A stretch of 24,000 nt of DNA from Rhodococcus spelaei. Lineage in GTDB: Bacteria; Actinomycetota; Actinomycetes; Mycobacteriales; Mycobacteriaceae. The first letter of the stretch is position 1, and each line of letters begins with the position of its first letter. Where the stretch lies: contig NZ_VIGH01000004.1 of NCBI RefSeq assembly GCF_006704125.1, positions 359,529-383,528 on the forward strand, read 5' to 3'. The position numbers were made by a program, and so were the translations under genes. The notes beneath the pieces were generated by a model that did no database searches, was not told where the DNA came from, and saw only the letters and a list, made by a program, of their open reading frames with translations. Of the stretch, positions 21,477 to 24,000 are shown piece after piece.

Positions 21477-22733
21477 TCAGTCGGCGTCGCCGACGGTAAC
21501 GGCCATGGCCTCGTCGACGCTGTGCGGGGCGGGGTCGTGCTCGTCGACGTGCGCGAGCACCTTGCGTCCGGTGGACAGGACCACGATCGCGACCGCCGTG
21601 CACAGTGCGCCGATCCAGAACGGCATGTGCGCGTTGGACTCTCCGAGCTTGCCCGCCAGCCACGGCGCCGCGGCGCCGCCGACGAACCGGACGAAGCTGT
21701 ACGCGGCGGAGGCGGTGGAACGCTCGACGGGGGCGGAGATCATCACGGTCTCGGTGATCAGGGTGTTGTTGACGCCGAGGAACAGGCCGGCCAGCACCAC
21801 ACAGACGATCAGCACCGTCTTGTTGTCGGTGAACAGGGCCATCGCGGCAAGGTCGACCGCGAACAGGGCCAGCGCCAGCATCATCATCGGCAGCGTGCCG
21901 AACCGGCGCTGCAGCCGCGGTGCGAGGAACACCGACGAGACGGCCAGCGCCAGACCCCAGCCGAAGAAGATGAAACCGATTGCGTAGGTGCCCATGTCGA
22001 GCGGGAACGGGGTGTACGCCAGCAGGGTGAAGAAGCCGTAGTTGTACAGCAGCGCGGTGATCGCGACCGTCAGCAGTCCGCGGTGCCGCAGCGCCAGGAA
22101 GGGCGCCGCCAACGAGGTGCGGTTCGCCTTCGGGGCGGGGGTGGCCGGGAGCATCACCACGATCAGGATGAACGCGACCGCCATCAGCGCGGCGACGCCG
22201 AAGAACGGGGCGCGCCAGCTGACGCTGCCGAGCACGCCGCCGACCAGTGGCCCGACCGCGATGCCGATGCCGAGGGCCGCCTCGTACAGGATGATCGCCT
22301 TCGCGACACCGCCGCTGGCTGCGCCGACGATGGTCGCGAGGGCGGTGGCGATGAACAGGGCGTTGCCCAGGCCCCACCCGGCGCGGAAACCGACGATCTG
22401 TCCGACGCTGCCCGACATGCCGGCGAGCGCCGCGAACACCACGATGATCGCCAGGCCCCACAACAGGGTCTTCTTGGGGCCGATGCGGCTGGACACGACG
22501 CCGGTGATCAGCATCGCGACGCCGGTGACCAGCATGTACGAGGTGAACAGCAGGGACACCTGCGACGGCGTCGCGTGCAGTTGATCGCCGATCGGCTTGA
22601 GGATGGGGTCGACGAGGCCGATGCCCATGAAGGCGATGACGCTGGCGAAGGCGACCGCCCACACCGCCTTGGGCTGGTGCAGGATGCTGGTGCTCTCTGG
22701 CTCGGCGCTGGTGGCCGTGTCGGTGATACTCAC
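21477..22733 (-). CDS. MFS transporter, drug:H+ antiporter-like efflux pump
   Basis: ORF track 21477..22739. I prefer GTG 22731-22733 because SD AAGGAA is then 6 nt upstream, whereas the 22739 GTG abuts the SD. The protein has about 12 predicted hydrophobic segments and MFS motifs (VSSRIGPKKTLLWGL). It sits immediately downstream of a MarR gene. Confidence 0.85.
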   Translation of the reverse strand: MSITDTATSAEPESTSILHQPKAVWAVAFASVIAFMGIGLVDPILKPIGDQLHATPSQVSLLFTSYMLVTGVAMLITGVVSSRIGPKKTLLWGLAIIVVFAALAGMSGSVGQIVGFRAGWGLGNALFIATALATIVGAASGGVAKAIILYEAALGIGIAVGPLVGGVLGSVSWRAPFFGVAALMAVAFILIVVMLPATPAPKANRTSLAAPFLALRHRGLLTVAITALLYNYGFFTLLAYTPFPLDMGTYAIGFIFFGWGLALAVSSVFLAPRLQRRFGTLPMMMLALALFAVDLAAMALFTDNKTVLIVCVVLAGLFLGVNNTLITETVMISAPVERSTASAAYSFVRFVGGAAAPWLAGKLGESNAHMPFWIGALCTAVAIVVLSTGRKVLAHVDEHDPAPHSVDEAMAVTVGDAD

Positions 22734-22760
22734 GGGCACTTCCTTTGTGTCACTAGGTGA

Positions 22761-23222
22761 TTAGAGGTTTACGGCCGCCTTCACGACCGCGCGGAGATCG
22801 GCCAGGCTGCGCGAGAGGCGCTCGACCTGTTCGGTGTTCAGGTTCGGCAGATGCTCGGCAAGGGCAGCGCCGATCTCCTGACGTGCCTCCATCAGCCACC
22901 GGTGGCCGACCTCGGTCATCTCGACCACGACAGCCCGGGAATCCTCGGGATCGCGTCGGCGGTCGGCCAGTCCGGCGTCGGCGAGCTGTTTGAGCAGCGT
23001 CGTCGCCGTGGGCTGCGAGCACCGGTCGATGCGGGCGAACTCGCTGACCCGCAACGCGCCGTACTCGTCGAGGTGGGACAGTGCCCGCATCCAGGCGCGG
23101 GGCCTGTCGTCGGTGCCGATCGACGAGGCGAGCCGGGTGAATCGCGATGTGTTGGTGACCAACTCCGCGAGAACCTCACGTAGTCGAGCTTGTTCGCTTT
23201 CCGGGTGGTTCGCCGCAGCCAT
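22761..23222 (-). CDS. MarR-family transcriptional regulator
   Basis: ORF track, 153 aa. The winged-HTH core is ALRVSEFARIDRCSQPTATTLLKQLADAGLADRRRDPEDSRAVVVEMTEVGHRWL. Confidence 0.88.
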   Translation of the reverse strand: MAAANHPESEQARLREVLAELVTNTSRFTRLASSIGTDDRPRAWMRALSHLDEYGALRVSEFARIDRCSQPTATTLLKQLADAGLADRRRDPEDSRAVVVEMTEVGHRWLMEARQEIGAALAEHLPNLNTEQVERLSRSLADLRAVVKAAVNL

Positions 23223-23234
23223 GGGCGCTATTAT

Positions 23235-23253
23235 TGCATAGGTAAACTATGTA
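23235..23253. promoter_or_regulatory. AT-rich palindrome TGCATAG-GTAAA-CTATGTA; candidate MarR operator in the divergent promoter region
   Basis: The arms match at 6/7. It sits inside a roughly 40-bp AT-rich island (23228-23262) directly upstream of the marR ATG at 23222. Confidence 0.4.
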
Positions 23254-23299
23254 AGTAAAGGAATGCGCCGTTCCGGAGCGCGGATTCCGGGCGTCCGCG

Positions 23300-23305
23300 T
23301 AGCGT
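23300..23305 (+). promoter_or_regulatory. Candidate -10 hexamer TAGCGT positioned for a leaderless hydrolase transcript
   Basis: A TANNNT hexamer lies 7 nt upstream of GTG 23313. Confidence 0.3.
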
Positions 23306-23312
23306 CGGGGCG

Positions 23313-24000
23313 GTGACCTCCACCCGTTCGGGCAGGATCGGCTGGTCCAGGCGCCGGCGCCCCACCGCGCTCGCGATCGCGGCCGGGCTGACGGTCGCGG
23401 CGTGCGGTGGGGGCTCCTCCGGCGAGACGACACCGGCAACCGCGTCGCACGCCGCGGGCACCTATGCCGATGCGCCCTGTCCGTCGCCGAATGTGCCTGG
23501 CGTTCCACAACTCGACCTCGGCCCGGACTTCACTTGCGGGTTCCTGACAGTCCCGGAGAACCGCGCGCACCCGCAGGGCCGCACGATCGGATTCGCCGTC
23601 GCCCGCGTCAAGGCGGCCTCGGCGAGTCCGCGACCGGATCCGTTGGTGTACCTGACCGGTGGTCCCGGCGGGACCGGCCTGGCCTTGGCGCCGACCTTCG
23701 TCAAGTACGGACTCAACCGCGATCGCGACGTCATCTTCGTCGATCAGCGCGGCACGCTGCACGCCGACCCGTTTCTCGGCTGCCCTGAGGTCGACGGCTT
23801 CATGGCCGCGGCCACCGGGATGTCCGTCCAGGCTCCCTCGACACGGGACGATGACGTCGCCGCGGTCACGACGTGCCGGAATCGGTTGGCGGACAAAGGT
23901 GCTGACCTGAGCGCATACGACACCACAGAGAACGCCGCCGACATCGCCGACCTGCGCACGGCGCTCGGTGTCGATCAGTGGAACGTCTACGGCGTCTCCG
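23313..24000 (+). CDS. Secreted lipoprotein alpha/beta hydrolase (tripeptidyl-aminopeptidase / S33-like), N-terminal 229 codons; continues beyond the right window edge
   Basis: Absent from the ORF track because there is no stop in the window. My translation from GTG 23313 is VTSTRSGRIGWSRRRRPTALAIAAGLTVAACGGGSS... (lipobox LTVAAC) ...PDPLVYLTGGPGGTG...VIFVDQRGT...DQWNVYGVS. The last motif is the start of the GxSxG nucleophile elbow. There is no in-frame stop through position 24000. Confidence 0.8.
   Translation, partial: MTSTRSGRIGWSRRRRPTALAIAAGLTVAACGGGSSGETTPATASHAAGTYADAPCPSPNVPGVPQLDLGPDFTCGFLTVPENRAHPQGRTIGFAVARVKAASASPRPDPLVYLTGGPGGTGLALAPTFVKYGLNRDRDVIFVDQRGTLHADPFLGCPEVDGFMAAATGMSVQAPSTRDDDVAAVTTCRNRLADKGADLSAYDTTENAADIADLRTALGVDQWNVYGVS

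Noticed and set aside
21522-22760. 412-aa plus-strand ORF, antisense to the efflux MFS gene
   Set aside because: Its composition is Arg/Gly/Asp/Glu-rich with no hydrophobic segments or motifs. The minus frame encodes a textbook polytopic MFS protein.
1-24000. Mobile elements, prophage, integrative island, tRNA/rRNA genes, or a defence/toxin-antitoxin system
   Set aside because: I could find no transposase, integrase, recombinase or phage structural motifs in any frame. I found no tRNA-like cloverleaf candidates in the intergenic regions and no long terminal inverted or direct repeats flanking multi-gene blocks. All multi-kb ORFs are accounted for by ordinary gene families.

Overview
This is a high-GC actinobacterial chromosomal segment. 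MspA-type porins, a clpB...pyrE neighbourhood and a HAIR/SigH-type heat-shock promoter point to a mycolate-containing Corynebacteriales genome (Rhodococcus/Nocardia/Gordonia-like). I can support 24 protein-coding genes. In order they are: a partial SDR and a divergent MmyB-like regulator; an MfpA-like pentapeptide-repeat protein; a TetR gene and a truncated MDR oxidoreductase joined head to head; an NTF2/SnoaL-like protein; a membrane-anchored CHAP-domain protein; clpB; two tandem MspA-like porins; a FadR-type GntR regulator; a Pro/Tyr/Gln-rich single-pass membrane protein; an unknown membrane protein; a LemA-family protein; pyrE; galT-galK; a PEBP/YbhB lipoprotein; an MFS permease coupled to a GH2 glycosidase fused to a DUF2804-like domain; an orphan secreted protein; a MarR-MFS efflux pair; and a partial lipoprotein alpha/beta hydrolase. 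I see no rRNA, tRNA, CRISPR, transposase, integrase or phage genes. I found no convincing new multi-gene system such as a defence island or toxin-antitoxin pair; the window looks like core and metabolic genes with a few accessory inserts. The points most worth a second look are: (1) the in-frame GH2-DUF2804 fusion; (2) three related palindromic intergenic elements, two of which bracket the orphan secreted-protein gene; (3) a 23-bp tandem repeat in front of a gene that also carries a near-perfect 57-bp in-frame repeat; (4) a deletion footprint that decapitates the divergent TetR/oxidoreductase pair; (5) a heat-shock promoter in which a HAIR operator overlaps a SigH-type promoter; and (6) a recurrent TANNNT-N6-8-start arrangement suggesting many leaderless transcripts. 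All coordinates were counted by hand, so short motifs may be off by 1-2 nt. All family assignments rest on motif recognition, not on database searches.
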